NCBI GenBank assembly: GCA_944381085.1
Contig: CALWJX010000002.1
Coordinates: 50,571-114,570 of the forward strand
Source: an uncultured Clostridia bacterium
Lineage (GTDB): Bacteria; Bacillota; Clostridia; Oscillospirales; CAG-272
DNA: 64,000 nt
Direction: 5' to 3'
Both the position numbers and the translations under genes were made by a program. Under the pieces are notes generated by a model that saw only the letters and a list, made by a program, of their open reading frames with translations, did no database searches and had not been told where the DNA came from. Shown one piece after another: positions 28,326 to 37,070 of the stretch (its first letter is position 1; the number at the start of each line of letters is the position of its first letter).

Positions 28326-29516
28326 ATGGGTAAAACACATTATCCGGAAATTATTATACTTGGTTCTACGGGTTCTGTCGGGACACAGGCGACTGAGGTG
28401 GCTGCCGCAAACAATATCAGAGTAAGGGCGATTTCCGCCGGCAAAAATGTATCAAAAGCAGAAGAACAGGCAAGAAGATTTAAAGCGGAAGCCTGTGCGA
28501 TGAGCGATGAGGCGGCAGCCCGGGAACTTTGTGTTAGGCTCAGGGACACGTCTGTTAAGATATATTCGGGCAATGACGGCATTTGTGATATGATACATGA
28601 GGTTGAGTGTGAGAGCGAAAACGGTCAGACGGTAATCAATTCAATCGTGGGGGAGGCAGGGCTGAAACCCACGCTGTCAGTCATCGAAAGCGGCAAAAAG
28701 CTTGCGCTTGCGAACAAAGAGTCCCTTGTGGTCGGAGGAGAAGCGGTCATGAAGGCCGCGAAATCGGCACGTACAGAAATAATTCCGGTAGACAGCGAAC
28801 ATTCGGCAATTTTTCAGTGTCTTCGGGCGGGGAAAAAAAGCGAGGTCAAAAGGCTTCTGCTCACGGCGTCCGGGGGACCTTTTTTCGGATATACAAAAAG
28901 TCAGCTTGAAAATGTGACGCTTGACGACGCGCTGTCACATCCTACATGGAAAATGGGGTCAAAAATAACTGTTGACAGCGCGACTCTTATGAATAAGGGA
29001 TTTGAGGTTATTGAGGCGGTTCATCTGTTCGGGATTTTACCCGATAAAATAGACGTGCTTATTCACCGGGAAAGTATAATTCATTCTGCCGTTGAATATA
29101 TTGACAACAGTGTCATAGCGCAGATGTCGCTACCCGATATGAGACACTGTATCCAGTATGCGCTTACCCATCCGGACAGATGTGAGGCGTGTACTGAGGA
29201 ACTCGACCTGTTTAAAGTGGGCAGACTTACCTTCAACAAACCCGATTACGAGGCGTTTCCGTTGCTTGAGACCGCGGTCAAAGCAATAGGCGAGGGAGGA
29301 GCTTTGCCCGGAGTGCTGAACGCGGCAAATGAGGAGGCTGTTTCGGCGTTTTTAAACCGGAAGATAAGGTTTTGTGATATATCCGATATAGTTTGCCGTA
29401 CTATGGAACATTATTCTCACGTGAGCAACGTCAATGAGTTGAGTGATATTTTTGAGGTGTGCGACGAGGCGCGCGAATATGCAGATAATTTGACCGCGGA
29501 AAGGAATTTATATTGA
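28326..29516 (+). CDS. dxr: 1-deoxy-D-xylulose-5-phosphate reductoisomerase
   Basis: ILGSTGSVGTQ, LANKESLV, DSEHSAIFQC and NKGFEVIEA motifs. ATG 28326, with GAAAGGAAAG upstream. Confidence 0.93.
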   Translation: MGKTHYPEIIILGSTGSVGTQATEVAAANNIRVRAISAGKNVSKAEEQARRFKAEACAMSDEAAARELCVRLRDTSVKIYSGNDGICDMIHEVECESENGQTVINSIVGEAGLKPTLSVIESGKKLALANKESLVVGGEAVMKAAKSARTEIIPVDSEHSAIFQCLRAGKKSEVKRLLLTASGGPFFGYTKSQLENVTLDDALSHPTWKMGSKITVDSATLMNKGFEVIEAVHLFGILPDKIDVLIHRESIIHSAVEYIDNSVIAQMSLPDMRHCIQYALTHPDRCEACTEELDLFKVGRLTFNKPDYEAFPLLETAVKAIGEGGALPGVLNAANEEAVSAFLNRKIRFCDISDIVCRTMEHYSHVSNVNELSDIFEVCDEAREYADNLTAERNLY

Positions 29517-29612
29517 TTTGAAGAAAATACAACAGTTATATACATCCGGGATATGACATAAAATAGATATGGTTTTGCTATACATATACCTAAAACGGAT
29601 GGGGGATTATTA

Positions 29613-30818
29613 ATGATTATATTATATGTCCTTTTGACATTGATACTGTTGAGCATTATGGTGGTTATTCATGAGCTCGGACATTTCATATTTGCCAAGC
29701 TGTTCAAAGTAACGGTTCTGGAATTTTCCATAGGAATGGGTCCGGCAATTTTTACAACCAAAAAAAGAATAAAGAAAAACAAAGTTGACAGCGGATTTGA
29801 ACTGTCCTCGGAGTATAGATCCGATGAAGTCAATCCGGATAATAATGCCGAGGTGAAATCAGATCGGGAAACTTCTTCTTCGTCGGACGACGCTCCGCAG
29901 ATTCCGGAAAAAACGGTTTTCAGCATAAGGGCGTTTCCGATAGGCGGGTATGTGAGTATGGCGGGTGAAGACGGTTCTTCCGACGATGTAAACGCTTTTT
30001 CAAATAAAAAGGCGTGGCAGAAGCTTGTTATAACTCTTGCCGGTCCCGTAATGAATATTTTACTTGGGATTATTTGCATGTTCACGCTTGTCGGAATCGA
30101 GGCTGTTAAAGACGGACGTCTGGCGTCCACGGTAGTCGCCGAGTTCAAGACCGAAAACGCGGACGGAAGTCCGTATGAGTCGATATCGGACAAGGGAGCG
30201 GAACCTTTAATGCCGAATGACAAAATAATCAAGGTCAATAACGTATACGTGTTTACGGGACAGGAGCTCGTATATGAGATCACAAATCAGGGCTATGAAC
30301 CGGTTGACCTTGTGGTTGAAAGAAACGGCGAGAGAATCACATTGCATGACGTGTCTTTTCCGACCATAGAGACTCAGGGAGTGACTTTGGGGGAAGAGGA
30401 TTTTAAGATATACGCCGAAAGACCAAGCTTTAAGAATATTATGAAACATGCTTTTTTCCGATCTTTTTCAACGGTGAAGATGTTTTTCGACAGTATTGTT
30501 GATATGATAGGCGGAAGATACGGTCTGGACGCCGTTTCCGGACCTGTGGGCGTTGCCGGTGTAGTAGGTCAGGCAACTCAGGCGGGATTTTCCACCCTTT
30601 TGTATCTTTTTACCATAATTACAATGAATCTTGCGGTATTTAACCTTTTGCCGTTTCCGGCGCTTGACGGCGGAAATATTATATTTCACCTGTATCAGTT
30701 AATAACCGGAAAATGCGTGAAAAAGGAAGTTGAACAGGCGATAAATACTGTGGGTATCATGCTTCTTATGGCTTTGGCTTTGTTTATTACCGTGAGAGAT
30801 ATATTGAACCTGTTTTAA
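29613..30818 (+). CDS. rseP: RIP site-2 metalloprotease RseP/RasP (M50)
   Basis: HELGHF, GGYVSMAGED, a PDZ-like segment and NLLPFPALDGG. Contains a ~50-aa low-complexity insert after TM1. Confidence 0.88.
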   Translation: MIILYVLLTLILLSIMVVIHELGHFIFAKLFKVTVLEFSIGMGPAIFTTKKRIKKNKVDSGFELSSEYRSDEVNPDNNAEVKSDRETSSSSDDAPQIPEKTVFSIRAFPIGGYVSMAGEDGSSDDVNAFSNKKAWQKLVITLAGPVMNILLGIICMFTLVGIEAVKDGRLASTVVAEFKTENADGSPYESISDKGAEPLMPNDKIIKVNNVYVFTGQELVYEITNQGYEPVDLVVERNGERITLHDVSFPTIETQGVTLGEEDFKIYAERPSFKNIMKHAFFRSFSTVKMFFDSIVDMIGGRYGLDAVSGPVGVAGVVGQATQAGFSTLLYLFTIITMNLAVFNLLPFPALDGGNIIFHLYQLITGKCVKKEVEQAINTVGIMLLMALALFITVRDILNLF

Positions 30819-30972
30819 AAACAGGTTGAAAAAATTGATGCTGAAAATGATTTTTCCGAGTTCTTTTTCGGTATACCTATGTCTTGTCTGTAAAATTTTC
30901 GTAAGTGCAAATTTTTTCATGGCATACATTACAGACATAAGTACGGTAAAATGAAAGGAATTATATTTCTAA

Positions 30973-32076
30973 ATGAATTATAACAGTATAAGAAGAAAAT
31001 GCAGGGAAGTAAAGATAGGCAGAGTCGGTATAGGAGGAGAAAACAAAATCGCCGTTCAGTCCATGACGAATACCGACACAAGGGATATGCGGTCAACGCT
31101 TATGCAGGTAAAGGAGCTCGCGAGCGCGGGATGCGACATAGTAAGAATTACGGTACCCGACGAGGAGTCCGCCAAAACCATTGAATTCATCAAGGAAAAC
31201 GGAATAAAAACGCCTATTGTCGCGGACATTCATTTTGATTATAAGGCGGCAATAAGGGCGGCCGAGTGCGGCGCGGACAAAATACGCATCAATCCCGGAA
31301 ACATCGGAGACGACAACAGAGTGCGTATGGTCGCCGAAACCTGTAAAAAGTACAATATACCGATAAGAATAGGCGTAAACAGCGGCTCGCTTGAAAAACA
31401 TATACTTGAAAAATTCGGCGGACCTACCCCGCGGGCTTTGTGCGAAAGCGCGCTGTATCACGCCTCACTGCTTGAAAAATATGAATTTTACGACATTGTA
31501 ATATCCATCAAGTCTTCCGACGTGGCGCAGATGACAGAAGCGAACAGGATGATTGCGCAACAATGTGATTATCCCATACACCTCGGAGTTACCGAGGCGG
31601 GAAGTGAACATATGGGGATAATAAAGAGTTCCGCCGGTATCGGAGCTTTGCTGTGTCAGGGAATCGGAGACACATTTCGTGTATCGCTCACGGCAGACCC
31701 TATAAAAGAAGTAGCGGCCGCCAAGGATATTCTGAACGCGCTGTCGGTAGAGGGTCAGTGCGGAATGGACATAGTAAGCTGTCCTACGTGCGGCAGAACC
31801 AAAATAGACCTTATAAGACTTTCCGCCGAATTTGAGAACGCCGCAAAAGCGCAAGGACTTCTGTCGTTTCCGGTAAAGGTGGCGCTTATGGGCTGCGCGG
31901 TGAACGGACCGGGAGAGGCGCGAGAAGCCGACATAGGCATAGCGGGCGGCAGCGGGGAGGCGCTTTTGTTCTCTCACGGCAAAGTATTGGGAAAAATAAG
32001 CGAAGACAATATTATAAACGTGTTGATTGAGGAAATAAAAAAGTTGAAAGCGGAAAGAAACGATAAAAATGGCTAA
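30973..32076 (+). CDS. ispG: 4-hydroxy-3-methylbut-2-en-1-yl diphosphate synthase
   Basis: VQSMTNTDT, IRINPGNIG, CPTCGRT and GCAVNGPGEA motifs. Confidence 0.93.
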   Translation: MNYNSIRRKCREVKIGRVGIGGENKIAVQSMTNTDTRDMRSTLMQVKELASAGCDIVRITVPDEESAKTIEFIKENGIKTPIVADIHFDYKAAIRAAECGADKIRINPGNIGDDNRVRMVAETCKKYNIPIRIGVNSGSLEKHILEKFGGPTPRALCESALYHASLLEKYEFYDIVISIKSSDVAQMTEANRMIAQQCDYPIHLGVTEAGSEHMGIIKSSAGIGALLCQGIGDTFRVSLTADPIKEVAAAKDILNALSVEGQCGMDIVSCPTCGRTKIDLIRLSAEFENAAKAQGLLSFPVKVALMGCAVNGPGEAREADIGIAGGSGEALLFSHGKVLGKISEDNIINVLIEEIKKLKAERNDKNG

Positions 32077-35000
32077 AACATTTTTGCAGATATTCGGCAA
32101 ATACGCTCCGAACGAAAGAGACGCGGAAATACTGCTGTCAGCCGATAATATCAAGCTTCAGGCGGATAAGGGAAACCGCATAATACAGATTTACGCGAGT
32201 TTTCCGAACATTATTGAAAAAGACACTCTTTACCGGATAGAAAATGAAATCTCAAAAACGTACGGTCTTTCGTGGGTTAAAATATTGCCGCGTTATCCGA
32301 GTGAGCTTTTCCGTGAGAACTATGTGCCCGAAATACTGAAAGAAACCGAAAACGTCGGTATTGTTGCGAAAGGCTTTTTCAATAAATACAGATATAATCT
32401 TGAGAATAATACTCTTACGGTTGAAATTCCTTTTGCCGAGGGAGGGGTTAAGCTTTTGTATGACGCGCGCACTCCCGAGGTTATGCAGGGGATAATTTTT
32501 TCCGAGTTCGGCATTAAGCTCAATGTAAATATAGTACATACCGAAGATGAAATATTTCTTTCGAGCAATAATTCGCTTCAGAAAGCAATTGAAGAATACG
32601 ACAGGAGATTGGCGGCTGAGGCCGCAAACTATAACGCGAGAATCAATACGGCGCAGCCGACAGAGGAAAAAGTTGAGCTTCCGAGAGTTCAGACACTGTT
32701 TGACGAGGACAGCACTCCTGTGATTATTGACGGAGTATGTCGGATAGGGCACACCTTTTTTGATATTTCCGCCTGTGAATATGTATACGGCGATACGTTT
32801 GAAATAAAGCCTGTGGCAATCGCTTCAATTACGAGTCCTGTCAGAAATATTGTCATTCTGGGAAGTGTTTTCGGATTCAACAAGGAACTCAATCGCGCGG
32901 GTGATAAATATAACATAACTTTTTGTCTGAGCGACGGAAATTCCTCTATTGAAGTAAAGTGCTTTTCTCTTTCACCCGAGGACGCGGATGAAATTTCTGG
33001 AGCGGCAAAGGACGGGAACGTATTGGCGCTCAAAGGATACGCGAAGAAAGAGGTGAGAAGGGACAAAACGGAAGGACCCGATTTTCAGTTTCATCTTAAC
33101 GGCATCGCTAAAATCAAAAAGCTTCCGCGCACCGACAACGCTCCGGTGAAAAGAGTGGAGCTGCATCTGCACACAAATATGTCCAACATGGACGCGCTGA
33201 TACCGCCGGATGTCGCGGTTAAACAGGCAAAAGCGTGGGGACATCCGGCTATAGCGATTACCGACCACGGAAATGTTCAGGGTTATCAGGAAGCTATGCT
33301 GGCAAGCGAAAAAACCGGACAAAAAGTAATATACGGAATAGAGGCTTATTTTGTAAACGACACCGCGGGAGCCATTTACGGAAGCTATAACGGCGGATTG
33401 TATGATGAAGCGATTGTTTTTGATATTGAAACCACGGGCCTGTCGGTTCAGAACTGCAAGATAACCGAAATAGGAGCTGTCAGAATAAAGGACGGACGGG
33501 TTGTTGAGGAATTCAATACCTTTGTGAATCCGGAAGTCCCGATTCCCGAGGAAATTACCAAGCTAACTTCAATTACCGACGACATGGTAGCCGACGCGCC
33601 CAAGACGCCCGAAGCGCTTGACATGTTTTTCGGATTTATCGGAGACGGTGACGGTCAGAATAAAAAACTGCTGATTGCTCATAACGCGGCGTTCGATACG
33701 GGGTTTATCAGATATGCCGCCAAAATGTACGGCAAAGAATTTGACAATCCGTACCTTGACACCGTGGCGCTGTCAAGATATATAAATCCGGGACTCAAAA
33801 ATCATAAGCTCGATACCTTGGCGGAGCATTATAAACTCGGAGATTTCAATCACCACAGGGCCTCGGATGACGCGAAAATGCTCGCGCACATCTACTTCAA
33901 GCTGCTTGCGGATATGAAGGACAGGGATATTTCAAGCTTTAACGTGCTGAGGCGCGATATGAGTACAAATTCAAATCCGCTTAAGCTTAAGACATATCAT
34001 CAGATAATTCTTGTGAAAAACAAAATCGGTCTGAAAAATTTGTATAAGCTTATATCATACAGTTATCTTAAATATTTCAGGAAGAATCCGCGTATTCCCA
34101 AGACTGAGCTTGAAAAACACAGGGAAGGTCTGATTATCGGTTCGGCGTGCGAGGCGGGAGAGCTTTTTTCGGCTATACTTGAAAACAAGCCCGAGTCTGA
34201 AATAGAGGAAATAGTCAATTTTTACGATTATCTGGAGATTCAGCCGATTTCAAATAACCGGTTTCTTATCGCCGAGGAAAAGGCAAAGGACGACGAAGAC
34301 CTGAGAAATTTCAACCGCCGTATCGTAGAGCTGGGCGAGAAGTACAACAAGCCGGTTGTAGCGACCTGTGACGCGCATTTTCTGAATAAGGAAGACGAAA
34401 TTTACAGAAAAATACTGCTCGCGGGGCAGAAATACTCGGATTATGACAGGGATATCAATCTTTATTACAGAACTACTGAGGAGATGCTTGAAGAATTTTC
34501 ATATCTCGGAGAAGAAAAAGCTTACGAGGTGGTCGTCACAAACACAAACCTAATAAATGATATGATAGATTCGGATATCAGACCGTTTCCGAAGGGTACG
34601 TTTACTCCGAGCATGGAGGGCGCGGAAGAAGACCTGAATCGGATATGCTACGAAAGAGCAAGATCGATGTATGGCGATCCGCTTCCGGAGATAGTGGAAC
34701 AGCGTTTGAATAAGGAGCTTACCTCAATAATAAACAACGGTTTTGCGGTGCTCTACATGATAGCTCAGAAGCTGGTCTGGTACAGTGAGAGTCAAGGGTA
34801 TCTTGTAGGCTCAAGAGGTTCAGTGGGCTCGTCCTTTGTAGCTTCAATGGCGGGTATTTCGGAAGTAAACCCGCTGCCGCCGCATTATTGGTGCCCGCAG
34901 TGCCGTTACAGCGATTTTTCAAACCCGGACAAGGTGGGTTCGGGATTTGATCTGCCGGACAGGCTGTGTCCCAAGTGCGGTCATAAGCTCAACGCGGACG

Positions 35001-36472
35001 GGCACAATATACCTTTTGAGACGTTTCTCGGATTTTACGGGGACAAGTCCCCTGATATAGACCTTAATTTTTCCGGAGAAGTCCAGGGAAAGGTACATAA
35101 ATATACCGAAGAACTGTTCGGCGCGGAAAACGTGTTCCGTGCGGGGACTATAGGTACGCTTGCCGATAAAACGGCTTTCGGATATATACAGAAATACCTT
35201 GAGGAAAAGGGAGTAAGTCTGCCCCGCGCGGAGGTAAACCGCATAATTTCCTGCTGTGTCGGAGTAAAGCGGTCTACGGGTCAGCACCCCGGCGGAATAG
35301 TCGTTGTTCCGAAAGAGTATGAGATATACGATTTCTGCCCGGTTCAGCATCCGGCGGATGACCCGAATTCGGATATAGTTACCACCCATTTTACTTTTGA
35401 ATATCTTCATGATACCCTGCTTAAGCTTGACGAACTCGGACACGATATTCCGACCAAGTACAAATATCTTGAGAGATATTCAAATACCAGCGTAATGGAC
35501 GTGGCGATGAATGACAAATCTGTCTATGAGCTGTTTTTGTCCACAAAGCCTCTCGGTGTGACGCCGGAGGATATCGACTGTAATATCGGTACATTCGGAC
35601 TTCCGGAATTCGGCACCCGGTTTGTAATCAAAATGGTGGAGGAGGCAAAGCCCAAATCCTTTGCCGACCTTTTGCAGATTTCGGGACTGTCTCACGGAAC
35701 CGACGTGTGGACCGGAAACGCCCAGGACCTTATAAATGAGGGTATATGCGACATTTCACATGTTATAGGATGCCGTGACAACATAATGAACGACCTTATC
35801 GGATACGGGGTTGAAAAATCGCACTCATTCAAAATCATGGAGGCGGTCAGAAAGGGAAAAGGTCTTACTCCGGAATTTGAAAGTGAGATGAGAGCGGCAA
35901 ATGTACCCGATTGGTACATAAGCTCATGCAAAAAGATAAAGTATATGTTTCCGAAAGCGCACGCCGCCGCTTATGTCATGTCCGCCATACGTCTCGGGTG
36001 GTATAAGGTACATATTCCGATTGCGTTTTACTGCACGATGTTCACGGTTTCTCCCGGCGGGTTTGACGCTGAAATCGTCATGGGCGGAAAGAGAAAGGTC
36101 GTTGAAACGATAAGGAATATCGAAAAAAGAGGCAAGGAAGCTTCTCCGAAAGAGCAGGCGAGCATTCCGACTCTGCAGCTTGTGAATGAAGCTTTTGCGC
36201 GCGGATTCAAATTTCTTCCGGTAAATATAATCAAATCCGACGCTTCGGCGTTCGTGCCGGAGGACGGCAAGATAAGAATGCCTTTTTCGGCTTTGGGCGG
36301 ACTCGGCGAAAACGCCGCCGCCAATATTGTTGCCGCGAGGGCTGAGGAGCCTTTCTTTTCGGTCGAGGATTTGCAGATACGCGCGAAGCTTTCAAAATCC
36401 GTGATAGATATACTGCGAAAATGCGGAGCGCTTGAGGGGCTTGACGAGACAGACCAGCTTACATTTTTCTGA
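32069..36472 (+). CDS. polC: DNA polymerase III, PolC-type
   Basis: 1467 aa. PHP domain (HLHTNMS), DEDD exonuclease (VFDIETTGL...HNAAFD...HRASDDA), a zinc-finger module and the Pol III alpha core. Overlaps ispG by 8 nt. Confidence 0.97.
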   Translation: MAKTFLQIFGKYAPNERDAEILLSADNIKLQADKGNRIIQIYASFPNIIEKDTLYRIENEISKTYGLSWVKILPRYPSELFRENYVPEILKETENVGIVAKGFFNKYRYNLENNTLTVEIPFAEGGVKLLYDARTPEVMQGIIFSEFGIKLNVNIVHTEDEIFLSSNNSLQKAIEEYDRRLAAEAANYNARINTAQPTEEKVELPRVQTLFDEDSTPVIIDGVCRIGHTFFDISACEYVYGDTFEIKPVAIASITSPVRNIVILGSVFGFNKELNRAGDKYNITFCLSDGNSSIEVKCFSLSPEDADEISGAAKDGNVLALKGYAKKEVRRDKTEGPDFQFHLNGIAKIKKLPRTDNAPVKRVELHLHTNMSNMDALIPPDVAVKQAKAWGHPAIAITDHGNVQGYQEAMLASEKTGQKVIYGIEAYFVNDTAGAIYGSYNGGLYDEAIVFDIETTGLSVQNCKITEIGAVRIKDGRVVEEFNTFVNPEVPIPEEITKLTSITDDMVADAPKTPEALDMFFGFIGDGDGQNKKLLIAHNAAFDTGFIRYAAKMYGKEFDNPYLDTVALSRYINPGLKNHKLDTLAEHYKLGDFNHHRASDDAKMLAHIYFKLLADMKDRDISSFNVLRRDMSTNSNPLKLKTYHQIILVKNKIGLKNLYKLISYSYLKYFRKNPRIPKTELEKHREGLIIGSACEAGELFSAILENKPESEIEEIVNFYDYLEIQPISNNRFLIAEEKAKDDEDLRNFNRRIVELGEKYNKPVVATCDAHFLNKEDEIYRKILLAGQKYSDYDRDINLYYRTTEEMLEEFSYLGEEKAYEVVVTNTNLINDMIDSDIRPFPKGTFTPSMEGAEEDLNRICYERARSMYGDPLPEIVEQRLNKELTSIINNGFAVLYMIAQKLVWYSESQGYLVGSRGSVGSSFVASMAGISEVNPLPPHYWCPQCRYSDFSNPDKVGSGFDLPDRLCPKCGHKLNADGHNIPFETFLGFYGDKSPDIDLNFSGEVQGKVHKYTEELFGAENVFRAGTIGTLADKTAFGYIQKYLEEKGVSLPRAEVNRIISCCVGVKRSTGQHPGGIVVVPKEYEIYDFCPVQHPADDPNSDIVTTHFTFEYLHDTLLKLDELGHDIPTKYKYLERYSNTSVMDVAMNDKSVYELFLSTKPLGVTPEDIDCNIGTFGLPEFGTRFVIKMVEEAKPKSFADLLQISGLSHGTDVWTGNAQDLINEGICDISHVIGCRDNIMNDLIGYGVEKSHSFKIMEAVRKGKGLTPEFESEMRAANVPDWYISSCKKIKYMFPKAHAAAYVMSAIRLGWYKVHIPIAFYCTMFTVSPGGFDAEIVMGGKRKVVETIRNIEKRGKEASPKEQASIPTLQLVNEAFARGFKFLPVNIIKSDASAFVPEDGKIRMPFSALGGLGENAAANIVAARAEEPFFSVEDLQIRAKLSKSVIDILRKCGALEGLDETDQLTFF

Positions 36473-36496
36473 AACAGAGGGGAAGTCCGGTATAAT

Positions 36497-37048
36497 ATGA
36501 TGATTGACAGAACTGTTTACACTACCGCTCCGACCGATTTGAGGGAGGAAAGGGAGATGCGCTGCTACAGATTGCTTGACAGCCTAAATATAAAATATGA
36601 AAGAACAGATCACGAAGAAACAAAAACGGTTGATTCATGCAATGAAACAGAACAATTGCTGAATATAAAAATATGTAAAAACCTGTTTCTTTGCAATTCG
36701 CAGAAAAGCAAATTTTATTTGCTTGTAATGCGCGGTGACAAGCCGTTTAAAACGAAGGATATTTCAAAACAGATAAATTCTTCGAGACTCTCATTCGCTC
36801 CCGAGGAATACATGGTGAAATATCTCGATACTTATCCGGGTTCGGTCAGTATTCTGGGACTGATGAACGATACCGGTAATAACGTAACCCTTCTCGTTGA
36901 CCGCGATGTCTCCTCGGAGGAGTATTTCGGTTGTCATCCGTGTAAAAACACATCAAGTATGAAGATCAGATGGAAGGATATTGAGGAAATATTCCTGCCA
37001 TATGTATCACATAAAATAACATTTGTCGATATTGAACGACCTATGTAA
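36497..37048 (+). CDS. YbaK/ProX-type aminoacyl-tRNA editing domain protein
   Basis: KNLFLCN...FYLLVMRGDKPF..K.....SRLSFA...PGSVSILGL pattern of free-standing prolyl-tRNA-synthetase-associated editing domains. Confidence 0.7.
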   Translation: MMIDRTVYTTAPTDLREEREMRCYRLLDSLNIKYERTDHEETKTVDSCNETEQLLNIKICKNLFLCNSQKSKFYLLVMRGDKPFKTKDISKQINSSRLSFAPEEYMVKYLDTYPGSVSILGLMNDTGNNVTLLVDRDVSSEEYFGCHPCKNTSSMKIRWKDIEEIFLPYVSHKITFVDIERPM

Positions 37049-37070
37049 AAACTCAGGAGGTTAGATTATT

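Noticed and set aside
31465-32154. 229-aa minus-strand ORF antisense to ispG/polC. Similar long antisense ORFs occur at 15039-15770 (pyk), 29669-30283 (rseP), 12751-13422 and 16010-16606.
   Set aside because: They are Arg/Ser/Cys-rich with low-complexity composition typical of antisense frames of real genes. They have no SD and fully overlap strongly supported CDSs.
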